Positions 9,459-18,843 of a DNA stretch of 64,000 bases are shown piece by piece. The notes under the pieces are model-generated. The model was given only the letters and a program-made list of their open reading frames with translations, was not told the DNA's origin and made no database searches. The stretch lies in contig JBFWNU010000001.1 of NCBI GenBank assembly GCA_050250895.1, positions 584,008 to 648,007 of the forward strand, read 5' to 3'. This DNA is from Vulcanimicrobiota bacterium (lineage in GTDB: Bacteria; Vulcanimicrobiota; Xenobia; Xenobiales; JADMJV01). The translations under genes were made by a program, and so were the position numbers. The stretch's first letter is position 1. Each line of letters opens with the position of its first letter.

Positions 9459-10092
9459 CGCCAAAGCCTGGGTCATTCCCCAACTCTGTTCAACCTATCG
9501 CCAGACCGAGGAACCAGGCGGTGCCGCTGAGCTGGCCCTGCTGGAAGAGGCCGTCGAGCAAGCCCGCGACATTCGCGAGATGGCCCGACGCGAAGCCAAT
9601 CGCGAGCGCCAGGCGGCCCGCACTGAAGGCTACGCCGAAGGCCTGGCGGCCGGACGGGCAGAGGCCCGCGAGGCCTACCGCCGCGAACAAGACTCGCGAG
9701 AAGAACGCTTTCGGGCCAACTTCGAGGTGCTGCAAGAAGCCGCCGAGGCTCGCTGGGCCGAACTTTGCGATGAGCTGAGCCAGTCGGTGGTGGAACTGGC
9801 CCAGGCCATGATGGCCAAGCTGGTCGGGCCCGAGCACATGGCTCATCTACCCGTGAGCGAGGTTCGGCGGGCTGTCGAGCTTTTCGGAGACATGGACGAA
9901 GTCGTGGTCAAAGTGCATCCTCTCAGTCTCAACCTGGCGGGCTCGGTGACCCGAGGTTTTCGCCTGGAAGGCGATGAGTCGCTCGACCCGGGAGATTTCA
10001 TCGTAGTAACCCCCCGGGGACAGGTGGACGGGCGGGTGGTCACCCGCCAGGCGCGGCTGGCCGCCTGGCTCGAAGAGCAAACTATTTGTTGA
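9451..10092 (+). CDS. fliH: Export ATPase regulator FliH/SctL-like
   Basis: GYAEGLAAG GxxxG repeats, VKVHP, D-x-x-L-x-x-G-D and GQVDG C-terminal domain; follows fliG. Confidence 0.85.
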   Translation: MSSAKAWVIPQLCSTYRQTEEPGGAAELALLEEAVEQARDIREMARREANRERQAARTEGYAEGLAAGRAEAREAYRREQDSREERFRANFEVLQEAAEARWAELCDELSQSVVELAQAMMAKLVGPEHMAHLPVSEVRRAVELFGDMDEVVVKVHPLSLNLAGSVTRGFRLEGDESLDPGDFIVVTPRGQVDGRVVTRQARLAAWLEEQTIC

Positions 10093-10735
10093 GGACCTCG
10101 GTAGCGAAATCTGGATAGTAGAGCGGGTGGTCGTTGTCCTTGACCACGTTCTCGTTCATCTGCAGGTCGCAATCATCGACTTTGACGGCGGAGGCGTTCT
10201 TCTCGATGCGATTGCGGTAGAGCATGAGGCTCGACCGGTAGCCCCAGACTCCGGCATAGGTGTTGTGATGGATGCGGCAACCGCTCACCACCACCTCCTT
10301 CGCATCGTGGGCATAAACGCCGGCCGCGCCACAACCATTGAGGTCGCAATTCTTCACCAGAATCTTGGACGACTCGGAGATGTCGATGACCGCGCCCTCG
10401 CATTGATACTCGTTGGCGGGTCGCTGGTGACGGGCCGACAGGTTGACCAGAAACACCCGTGAGCACTTTTCCAGCCGGATCACGGCCTGATCGAGATTGG
10501 TGAGGATCAATTCCACCTCGCCCCGACCGCGCAGGGTGACATTGTTGAGCCCGCTCAGCACCAGTCCCTGGTCCAGGACGTACTGGCCGGAGCGCAATTC
10601 GATCACGTCACCGGACCTGGCCCGGGCCAGGAAAACCCCCAGGGAATCAGTGTTCTCGGGAGTCAGGGTCAGTTCTTCGGCAAAGGCGCCCGAAGAAACC
10701 ACCAGCAGCAGAACTATCGCCATGAAACGTCGCAT
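10082..10735 (-). CDS. Secreted right-handed parallel beta-helix protein
   Basis: Signal peptide, ARSGDVIELRSGQY, repeated beta-helix turns (NCDLNGCG, GCRIHHN, NRIEKN). Confidence 0.75.
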   Translation of the reverse strand: MRRFMAIVLLLVVSSGAFAEELTLTPENTDSLGVFLARARSGDVIELRSGQYVLDQGLVLSGLNNVTLRGRGEVELILTNLDQAVIRLEKCSRVFLVNLSARHQRPANEYQCEGAVIDISESSKILVKNCDLNGCGAAGVYAHDAKEVVVSGCRIHHNTYAGVWGYRSSLMLYRNRIEKNASAVKVDDCDLQMNENVVKDNDHPLYYPDFATEVLNK

Positions 10736-10885
10736 CGCCGGTGCTTCGCAACCCGGGCCTCTACTCCTGGAAGGGGTCGAACCTTGACCGAAATTCTATT
10801 CGCATCTTGCAGGCAAAATATACTAGTGGGAGAAGCGGGGGCAACCAGAACATGACTCCAACCTCTGGTATGAAAGGAAGGTCCT

Positions 10886-12991
10886 ATGCTTAGACAGCTT
10901 TCCCGAGCCCGAGAACGCTTCTCGTGGCGTAAAGCGGCCGCCGGAGCCCTGCTCGCTGGCGCGCTTCTCTTCACTGGCTGTAATGATAGTGACAATAACG
11001 ACATTTTCGGGGGCATTCCCGGAGGACAGGGTCGCCCAATCAACATCTTCGGCCTGACCGTGTATGTCTCGAACAACGGCGCTGCTAACGCCGGCCAGGT
11101 GGACCAGACCGACCAGGTCTTCACCAATCAGGCCACCTCGACGCCGGGCAACAACGAAGGTGTCGAACTCGATCCTTTCGGAAACCTCTATCAGGCCGGC
11201 GACCTGGCCGCCGGCTCGCTGCGCGTTTTCTCCAAGGTAAAGGGCCGCACCACCGCCTTCAACGCCACCCTTGACCGCGAGCTCACCGGGGCCAACACGA
11301 CCCTGACCAACCCCAAGGGTATCGCTCGCGCCAACGCCCGCGGCCTGGTCATCATCGCCGACTTCGGCACCAACCTGGCCACCTCGGGCCTCACCGTCTT
11401 CGGCGAGAACACCGGCGGCAACCAGGCCCCCCTGGCCATGCGAAACGTCGGTGCCCGCCCCTGGGATGTCGCCTATGACGAGGCCAACGACCGCCTCTAC
11501 GTGGCCTTCACCAACGGCACGATCGGCGTCTTCGACACCTTCGTAGGCGGCGGCTTCGCTCCCGGTGGGGCAGCCACCCGCGTCATCACCCCGGTCGACG
11601 GCAACAACGCCCAACTCTCGATCAACTTGCATGGTATCGTGTTCGATCCCCTCTTCAACCGCGTCATCGTCTCTGATGTGGGTGCGGTCAATGCCGGGCA
11701 AAGCGCCAATTTCGCCAGTGACGGCCGCATCTATGTCATCGGCAACGCCGCGACCGCGGCGGGCAACGTGCAGCCTCTTCGCGTCATTCGCGGTGACCAG
11801 ACCCAGCTGGGCAACCCGGTCGACATCACCTATGACGGTCTCAACTTGCGAGTGGCCGAAAAAGCCAATAACAAACTGCTGATCTTCGCCAGCCTGTATC
11901 TCGACACCACCACCAACGCCGCTCCCGACGTATCGGTCGACGAAACCGGTCCGGAGTCGCTGGTCAACCAGGCGCAGACGGTGGTCACCAGCAACGATAC
12001 CTCGGACCTCGACGGCATCAACACCATCACCTCGGTGCTGAGCAGCTCGAACCCGGGCACCGGCGCCGGAACCACCGGCGAGATCTCGCGCCTGGCTCCG
12101 GCTCTCAATAACGTGGTGACGACTTTCACGGCTAACAACGGCACCTTCCCGGCGGCCAACTTCGCCATCGAGAGCGCCAAAGTCGATCGTCTCGGTAACG
12201 TCTTCGCCACTTTCGACATGGGCGCCGCCGGCCCGGGTGGTATCTTCGTCCTCAACCGCGTCGGCACCCAGCGTAACGGCGGGGCTCTCAACCTGTCGGA
12301 AGACCGCGCCATCTTCGGGGCCGCCACCGGCCTGCAGTCTCCCAAAGGCCTCGACCTGGTCGAGTCTCGCGACGCCATCCTGGTGGCCGACCTGGGCACC
12401 GGCACCATCCGTCGCTTCGGCAAGAACGCCGAGGGCAACGTAGCTCCGACCCTGGTGACCACTCCCGGCGTCAACCCCTGGGATTGCGACTATGACCCTC
12501 GCAACGACCGTCTCTTCGTGGCCCTCACCAACGGCACCGTCGGTGTTTATGACAACTACTTCGCCAACAACCCGACGGGAGCGCCCACTCGCATCATCAC
12601 CCCCAACGTCAACCCGGCCTCGATGAACCTTCACGGGATCATCTATGATGCGGCCAACGACGCCTTGATCGTGTCCGACATCGGCTCGCCGGCCGATGCC
12701 ACCGACGGCAAGCTCTACGTCATCTCCAACGTGGGCACGCTGACGGCGGCCAACAACAACCCTACCCCGAGCGTGCGCATCGCCGGGGCGGCCACCCAGC
12801 TGGGCAACCCCGTCGACGTAGCCTTCGACGGAGCCAACCTCTATGTGGCTGAAAAGTCCAACGGCCAGATCCTGCGCTTTGACGCCGTGCGCGTGCCAGT
12901 AGCCGCCGACCCCAACCGGGCTCCCTCGGCTTCCATCGCTCGCACCGCTCCCGAGTCGGTCACCGTGCTGCCCCCGGGCACCAACCCGTAG
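10886..12991 (+). CDS. Lipoprotein with two tandem beta-propeller (NHL-like) halves
   Basis: Lipobox LFTGC; internal duplication (PWDVAYDEANDRLYVA / PWDCDYDPRNDRLFVA; TQLGNPVD twice). Confidence 0.8.
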   Translation: MLRQLSRARERFSWRKAAAGALLAGALLFTGCNDSDNNDIFGGIPGGQGRPINIFGLTVYVSNNGAANAGQVDQTDQVFTNQATSTPGNNEGVELDPFGNLYQAGDLAAGSLRVFSKVKGRTTAFNATLDRELTGANTTLTNPKGIARANARGLVIIADFGTNLATSGLTVFGENTGGNQAPLAMRNVGARPWDVAYDEANDRLYVAFTNGTIGVFDTFVGGGFAPGGAATRVITPVDGNNAQLSINLHGIVFDPLFNRVIVSDVGAVNAGQSANFASDGRIYVIGNAATAAGNVQPLRVIRGDQTQLGNPVDITYDGLNLRVAEKANNKLLIFASLYLDTTTNAAPDVSVDETGPESLVNQAQTVVTSNDTSDLDGINTITSVLSSSNPGTGAGTTGEISRLAPALNNVVTTFTANNGTFPAANFAIESAKVDRLGNVFATFDMGAAGPGGIFVLNRVGTQRNGGALNLSEDRAIFGAATGLQSPKGLDLVESRDAILVADLGTGTIRRFGKNAEGNVAPTLVTTPGVNPWDCDYDPRNDRLFVALTNGTVGVYDNYFANNPTGAPTRIITPNVNPASMNLHGIIYDAANDALIVSDIGSPADATDGKLYVISNVGTLTAANNNPTPSVRIAGAATQLGNPVDVAFDGANLYVAEKSNGQILRFDAVRVPVAADPNRAPSASIARTAPESVTVLPPGTNP

Positions 12992-13006
12992 TCAGCCCCG
13001 ACCCGC

Positions 13007-13038
13007 GAAAAGCCACCCTTCGGGGTGGCTTTTTTTAT
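13007..13038 (+). terminator. Intrinsic terminator (probably bidirectional)
   Basis: AAAAGCCACCC-TTCG-GGGTGGCTTTTTTT between convergent genes. Confidence 0.9.
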
Positions 13039-14078
13039 TGGCGCCAGGCTCCCTCGACCCACCCCGTGGCGCGTCGGTGCCGGCGCAGCCGCTGCTGCTC
13101 CTTGACCTCGTCGAGGTGGAGACCCAATTCGACCAGGGCTGCCTCCATCCACAACTTGCCCTTGGCCGCGGTGGACACACTCGGAGCGCCATAGCTACCG
13201 GTGCGGGTGTCGTCGCTCCAGGGCGGATTGGCGACCAACACCCCGTCTGAAATCCAGTCGACCTGATAGCGCGGGGTGGCCACGAAGTCGACCTCGTCGA
13301 CCGCTCGCTCCATGTGCACCAACTCTGGTCGCAGATGGAGCAGATAGCTGGTTTCGAGTTCGCAGGCGTGGCCCATCAACTTCGAGTCACGGGTCCGCTC
13401 GAGTAATTCTGCCGCCGCGCCTGACGAGGTGTGCAAAAACGAAGTCGTCACGAACATCTCGGGCCAGCGGTCACCGGCGAACTTGGTCACGTTCACCAGA
13501 AACGAGTGGTTGCCTCCGTGGCCGTTGAGCAGATAGACGCAGTCGAAACCCAGCCCCCGCAGGCAGCCTACGATGTCGACCCAGAAGTCTTCCCAGGCGC
13601 GCGGCTCGATGGTTAGAGTGCCTGGATACTGGCGGCGGTGGGTACTCACTCCATAAGGCCAGACCGGCAGGCAAGTTACGTCCGGCCGACGACCAAGGGC
13701 CTCACCCAGCGCGCCGGCGATGACGGTGTCGGTGGACAGTGGCAGATGAAAGCCGTGCTGCTCGGTATGGCCGGTGCACAGCAGAGCAACCTCGGTCAAC
13801 GGTAGCTCGACCGGGCCGGGACACTCCACCAGGTGTTGGTTGTGAAATCCGTCCTCGGCCAGAACGGCTCGCAGCGAGTCGAGCACCCGCTCGAAGCTGT
13901 CCGCCTTGAGCGGGGGCGCAAATCCAAACGGCAGAGCCGGAAAGAGGATGCGGTCGGGCCCGGGCAAGTCGTCTGGCAAAGGCCCCCTGCCCAGGGGCAG
14001 GATGACGGGCCAACTGCGGTCGAGTTGTTCGACTTCGGGGAAGGTCAGTTCTTCATAACGGAGATTCACCCGAGGCAT
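13035..14078 (-). CDS. Creatininase/creatinine amidohydrolase family protein
   Basis: GHTEQHGFHLPLSTD, YGVSTHH-like YGVSTHR, NGHGGN, GHACELETS; start approximate. Confidence 0.88.
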   Translation of the reverse strand: MPRVNLRYEELTFPEVEQLDRSWPVILPLGRGPLPDDLPGPDRILFPALPFGFAPPLKADSFERVLDSLRAVLAEDGFHNQHLVECPGPVELPLTEVALLCTGHTEQHGFHLPLSTDTVIAGALGEALGRRPDVTCLPVWPYGVSTHRRQYPGTLTIEPRAWEDFWVDIVGCLRGLGFDCVYLLNGHGGNHSFLVNVTKFAGDRWPEMFVTTSFLHTSSGAAAELLERTRDSKLMGHACELETSYLLHLRPELVHMERAVDEVDFVATPRYQVDWISDGVLVANPPWSDDTRTGSYGAPSVSTAAKGKLWMEAALVELGLHLDEVKEQQRLRRHRRATGWVEGAWRQ

Positions 14079-15339
14079 TTCCCTGAGCGTCGGCGAGCCA
14101 CCTCCGGGCCGCGACCAGGCCCAGGGGAGTGACCAGGGCGATACAGGCATAGATCAGCCACAGCACCTCGGGGCGACCCGGGCCGCCGAGGGGCAGGTAG
14201 TGCTCGAGCATCCAGCCCGAATAGAGCCCGGTGGTAAACTTGGCGCAGAACCAGGGAATGCCGGCCATCCCCATGTAAGCTCCCAGCCGTCCGGGTGGCG
14301 CGATCTCGGCCACATACTCGAGAAAGCGCGAGCCCCACATGGCCTCGCCCACCGAAAACAGCACGATATAGATGAGCAGATTGCGCAAACTCGGTGGACC
14401 GGCCAGACAAAAGGTAGTGACGGCCGTCAGGCCGGTGCCCGCGATCATCACGTCTACGATGCGGACGCGGCGGGTCCAGAGGGTGAACAGCGGAACCAGC
14501 ACCAACACAATCGGGGGATTGATTCCCATCAGCCATTCGAAGCGGTCGGAAATCTCCGTGGGAAAGGTGCGAAAGACATAGTTGGGCAGGGTCAGGAACT
14601 GATGAGCAAAGAGCGTCCGCACTGGCAGCAGGATGAAGATGAAAAAGATGAAGCGCGAGTCGAAGCCTCCCCCCACCTCGGCCGCCTGACCGGTCTCGAG
14701 CGCAGCGGGGGGTTGATAGAAGGCTAGATGGAAAGCCACCGTGGCCCAGGTCAAGAGGGCCGCTACCCAGAAGACGCCCGTGATACCCAGGCCCAGCCCG
14801 TGAACCTGAAACCAGGCGGGCCCGAAAACTGCCTTGGTGCGCACCAGAGGGCTGAGAAAGCTGCCCACTCCGATACCCAGACTCAGGGTGGCGTAAAGCA
14901 CGCTATAGCCCAGACTGGCGGCGCGGGGTTCGGCGTGCACCTTGACACCCGTGTAGAGGGCCGGCTGACTGATCCCCGAGCCCACGGCCGAGAGCAAGAG
15001 CCCGGCCACCGCCGCCCCCCATCCCAACCCCGACGAAGCCGCCAGTAACGTGCGTCCAAGCGCGGTGAGCACCATCGAGACGGTAATGGCCCGTCCCACC
15101 CCCAGCCGATCGCTGACGCGTCCACCCCACAACATGGTGATGGTGACCAGACCCGTGTAGAACGAGACCATCAAGCCGGCTGGCCGGTCGGACCAACCCA
15201 ATTCACCGAGAAAAAGCGTGAGCAGCGTCAGGATCAAAAAATAGGCGATGTTGTCGCCCAGATTGACCGTGTTCACCAGCCAGAACCCGCGCGAGCGCGT
15301 CAACAGCAGCCGAATAGCCAGGCGGGACTCTTGGTTCAC
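14053..15339 (-). CDS. MFS transporter (POT/peptide transporter-like)
   Basis: About 12 TM segments, motif A GRVSDRLG, GEAMWGSRFLEYVAEIAPPGRLGAYMG. Confidence 0.85.
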   Translation of the reverse strand: MNQESRLAIRLLLTRSRGFWLVNTVNLGDNIAYFLILTLLTLFLGELGWSDRPAGLMVSFYTGLVTITMLWGGRVSDRLGVGRAITVSMVLTALGRTLLAASSGLGWGAAVAGLLLSAVGSGISQPALYTGVKVHAEPRAASLGYSVLYATLSLGIGVGSFLSPLVRTKAVFGPAWFQVHGLGLGITGVFWVAALLTWATVAFHLAFYQPPAALETGQAAEVGGGFDSRFIFFIFILLPVRTLFAHQFLTLPNYVFRTFPTEISDRFEWLMGINPPIVLVLVPLFTLWTRRVRIVDVMIAGTGLTAVTTFCLAGPPSLRNLLIYIVLFSVGEAMWGSRFLEYVAEIAPPGRLGAYMGMAGIPWFCAKFTTGLYSGWMLEHYLPLGGPGRPEVLWLIYACIALVTPLGLVAARRWLADAQGNASGESPL

Positions 15340-15465
15340 CGAGCAGACTTCGGCGCCGGTCGATCCGCCGCCTCTCGTGAGGAATCCCTTTCAATGGTTA
15401 GTTTTCAGGATGCATGACCGCAGCCTCCATTGATACTATGGGCACCTCGAACACCATTAGGGGGA

Positions 15466-15669
15466 ATGACCTTGCAAATCTGCTTTCGCGCAGCCAGTAC
15501 CGAACAACAACTCGCCGATTTCTCTTCCTACCTGCAAAAACTGCCCGACAAAGTCTCTGACCTGCTCGACGTCTACGGGACCGAACAGGTCGTCTTCACC
15601 TTCCCCCGGCCCGAAAGCAACTTCATCGACCTTTACGAGCAAGGCGAACGCTCGGCCATCAACTGGTAG
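15466..15669 (+). CDS. Small hypothetical protein
   Basis: ATG after AGGGGG; fills the gap between two minus-strand genes; coding-like composition. Confidence 0.55.
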   Translation: MTLQICFRAASTEQQLADFSSYLQKLPDKVSDLLDVYGTEQVVFTFPRPESNFIDLYEQGERSAINW

Positions 15670-17080
15670 AAGGCTTGTTCCCCTGCTCTTCGGCCGCGGC
15701 CACGCAGAGCAGGGCGTCGTCGCCGCAAAGACGGTAGGTCTTGGGATTGACCAGGACCTTGCCGTCGGCTCTTTCGATAGCCACCGGAATGGCGCCCGTC
15801 TTCTGGTAAAACGACGTCAGAACCGAATCAAAGGTCTGACCGACCAGTTCCTCGGGCATCTTGAAGGGCATCAGGCTATTGCCTTTGGTCGGACGCAGCA
15901 GCTCTTGCAGTAAATGGACATTGGCTGAATAGAGCGCGGCCTGGGCCAGCAGATGTCCGGCCAGGTCGCGGGTGATGATAACCTCGTTGACTCCGCCCAT
16001 GCGAAGGTGCGTCTCGTTGACGGCATTGGAGAGTTCGGCGCAGGTATGGACGGCCGGATTGAGCTTTTCGATAGTGAGGGCCGCCAATACGGTGCGGGCA
16101 TCGGCGTCCTGGCGGCTACGGCCGCTGGAAACGTCGGACACGATGATGGCAATGGCGGCCTTGAGCACGTTCGCCCTGAGGAGGACCTCGGCTCGGGTGA
16201 AGTCATCGGTCAAGAGGCGCACGTTGCTGGGATTGGGCAAGTTCATGACCGGCAACTCGTCCCGACCGGCCACCACCACGATATCGCGGTTTTTGAGCGT
16301 GGAACTACTCTGCAACTCGACGAGGATGGTCTCGACCCCCGAGTTCCAGCCGCAGATCAAGATATGGTCTTCTAGATCTTCGAGCATCATCCGCTTGAGG
16401 ACCGTTCCTTCCCTCAATTTTTCGATCATGACCGCCGAGACGGTACCTGTCAACAACGCGAAGAATGCCAGCCCGCAGAACTGAACAAAGAGAATGACCA
16501 TCTTGCCGCCCAGGGTCGAGGGGAACGTGCTGATATACTCCCCCGCCACCAGACTGAAGAGCGTCTCCCAGAACGACTCGGCCAGCCGTTCCCAACCCTG
16601 CTTGTCCGACTCGCGAAAGTGCGACATCCCCAGGGTACCGAAGACCGTGGCAAAGCCCAGCAAGAACAGGGTGAACAGATACTCGGCCGCCCGGCGCTGC
16701 AAAAGGAACTTGAAAATGCGGCTGTTGCTGGTCAGCAACGAAGCCAGGCGAAACAGACGCAACAATCGTAGCAGCCTGAGAAAGCGAAAGACCCTGAAGA
16801 CACGAAGCAGCGGCAACACGGCCAGGATGTCGATCCAGTATTCGCGCAAAAAGCGGTCGCGCCGCTTCATGGCGATGAAGCGAATGATCAACTCGATCAC
16901 GAAGAAGGCGGTGATCACCTCGCTGATGCGCACCAGTCGCAGATGCAGTGCCGACTCTTGCGGCACGGCGATCTCGTAGCTCAACAGCACCACCGAGGCC
17001 ACAATGAGCGCCAACACCACCACATCGAAGGCGGCGTGACTGGTCAAACGCCGGCAGAACCTTTCAAGCCTGGGGAGCAC
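15659..17080 (-). CDS. Voltage-gated ion channel with RCK/TrkA-N domain
   Basis: S1-S6 topology, S4 LRVFRVFRFLRLLRLLRLFRL, HILICGWN Rossmann motif, DARTVL. Confidence 0.88.
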   Translation of the reverse strand: MLPRLERFCRRLTSHAAFDVVVLALIVASVVLLSYEIAVPQESALHLRLVRISEVITAFFVIELIIRFIAMKRRDRFLREYWIDILAVLPLLRVFRVFRFLRLLRLLRLFRLASLLTSNSRIFKFLLQRRAAEYLFTLFLLGFATVFGTLGMSHFRESDKQGWERLAESFWETLFSLVAGEYISTFPSTLGGKMVILFVQFCGLAFFALLTGTVSAVMIEKLREGTVLKRMMLEDLEDHILICGWNSGVETILVELQSSSTLKNRDIVVVAGRDELPVMNLPNPSNVRLLTDDFTRAEVLLRANVLKAAIAIIVSDVSSGRSRQDADARTVLAALTIEKLNPAVHTCAELSNAVNETHLRMGGVNEVIITRDLAGHLLAQAALYSANVHLLQELLRPTKGNSLMPFKMPEELVGQTFDSVLTSFYQKTGAIPVAIERADGKVLVNPKTYRLCGDDALLCVAAAEEQGNKPSTS

Positions 17081-17151
17081 GCAATTTGGTTCCCCTCGGC
17101 CCCAAGCATCCCTGCAGGAGCCGAGTCCCGAGACTCAAATAGCCATCCTGC

Positions 17152-18807
17152 ATGAATGCTCGTCGATGGCTAGCCGTCGGGCTGATGATCCTCGCGCAGT
17201 TGGCGCCAGCCCTGGCTAAAGAGCCAAGGCTGGTGGTGGTTCTCGTGATCGACCAGTTTCGCCAGGACTATCTGGACCGATTCCACGCCCAGTTCCAGCC
17301 CGATGCTCCGGGCCGCCCCGGCGGTTTTTCCTATCTACTCGAGCACGGAGCTGTGCACACGCGCTGCTTCTACGATCACGTGCCCAACCACACGGCCGTT
17401 GGTCACGCCGCGCTGGCCACCGGCGCCCTGCCGGCCGTGCACGGAATCGTGGGCAACCGCTGGTACGATCGCGATGAGGGCGAGAAAAACGACGTGGCCT
17501 TCGACCCCGACTTCCCGCTCGTGGGCACCGCTGCCCAAGGCGGGGTCTCTCCCCGGGCTCTGCTCTCGACTACCGTGGGTGACGAACTCAAGCTGGCCAG
17601 CATGGGCCACAGCCGCATCTTCGGGGTGGCCATCAAAGACCGGGCCGCCATGCTCACTACCGGCCGGGCCGCCGATCTCTGTGTCTTCTATGACCATCAC
17701 ACCGGCCGGTGGATCTCGAGCACTTACTATTTGCCCGACGGCAAGCTGCCGGCCTGGCTCGAGGCCTATAACGCCACCGGTTGGGCCGACAGACTCTTCG
17801 GCTGGGAATGGAAGCCCTATCACCCCGCCAGCGCCTACGCCACTTGCCGGCCGGCCGTCTTCGTGGGCGCCAACGGCGCCTATCTCGATATCGGCGAGTC
17901 CTATCCCCACAAATTCACAGGTGGCCTGGACAAGCCCGGCCCCAAGTATTACGAAGCCATCAGCTTCACCCCCCATGGCGTGACCTCGACTTTCGAGGTG
18001 GCCCGCCGTCTGTGCCAGGCCGAAAAGCTCGGGCAGGGCGACTATCCCGACCTGCTGGTCATCAGTCTCAGCAGCAACGACAAGGCCGGCCACGCGTGGG
18101 GTCCATTCAGCCCCGAGATGCTCGACATCACCCTCGAGACCGACCGCGAACTGGCCAATTTTCTTCAGTTCGTCGACTCTCAGGTCGGGCTCGACCACAC
18201 CCTGATCGCTTTCTCGTCCGATCACGGCGTCGCTCCCCTGCCCGAGTTGGCCGAGAAGTTCCGCTTTCCAGGCGGGCGCCTGGCTCCTGATCAGTTTCGC
18301 AAGTCGCTCAACGATGTGCTGGTGGCTCGCTTCGGACCGGGCAACCACCTGGTCGCCTATAACGAGCCGAACCTCTATCTCAATCGCGCGACCATCCCGG
18401 CCGAGCACTTCGCCGAGGCGTGTCAGTTGGTGGCCGAGAAAGCCCGCACCTTGCCCGGTCTGCAAGCTGCCTTCACCCGTCAGCAACTCGAGCAAGGCGA
18501 CCTGCCACCCACCGAACTGGCCCAGCTGGCGGCTAACAGCTTCCACCCGCATCGTAGCGGCGACGTGATGGTGTTTACCCAACCCTACACCATCTTCAGC
18601 TTCAACAAGCCGGCGGGAACCACCCACGGCGCCCCCTGGAACTACGACTCGCACGTGCCCATGATCGTGGTCGGCCCTGGTGTTCCGGCCGGCATCTATC
18701 ACCGCAAATGCACCCCCCGCGATCTGGCCCCCACTCTCTCCGAGCTGCTCCATATCTCGCCCCCGGCCGGAGCCAACCGAGAGGTGTTGGAATGGCTGAC
18801 CCGCTGA
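17152..18807 (+). CDS. Alkaline phosphatase family protein (PafA/NPP-like), secreted
   Basis: Signal peptide, VIDQFRQDY, TAVGHA, KDRAA, DKAGHAWGP, SDHG, THG. Confidence 0.92.
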   Translation: MNARRWLAVGLMILAQLAPALAKEPRLVVVLVIDQFRQDYLDRFHAQFQPDAPGRPGGFSYLLEHGAVHTRCFYDHVPNHTAVGHAALATGALPAVHGIVGNRWYDRDEGEKNDVAFDPDFPLVGTAAQGGVSPRALLSTTVGDELKLASMGHSRIFGVAIKDRAAMLTTGRAADLCVFYDHHTGRWISSTYYLPDGKLPAWLEAYNATGWADRLFGWEWKPYHPASAYATCRPAVFVGANGAYLDIGESYPHKFTGGLDKPGPKYYEAISFTPHGVTSTFEVARRLCQAEKLGQGDYPDLLVISLSSNDKAGHAWGPFSPEMLDITLETDRELANFLQFVDSQVGLDHTLIAFSSDHGVAPLPELAEKFRFPGGRLAPDQFRKSLNDVLVARFGPGNHLVAYNEPNLYLNRATIPAEHFAEACQLVAEKARTLPGLQAAFTRQQLEQGDLPPTELAQLAANSFHPHRSGDVMVFTQPYTIFSFNKPAGTTHGAPWNYDSHVPMIVVGPGVPAGIYHRKCTPRDLAPTLSELLHISPPAGANREVLEWLTR

Positions 18808-18843
18808 CAGGAGTCGGCAAAGGTGTCTTGAACGACCCGCCCC

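Noticed and set aside
10823-12634. 603-aa minus-strand ORF
   Set aside because: Shadow of the lipoprotein gene; typical of biased high-GC codon use.
13035-14078. Mycofactocin MftE assignment
   Set aside because: No mftA/B/C neighbours in the window.
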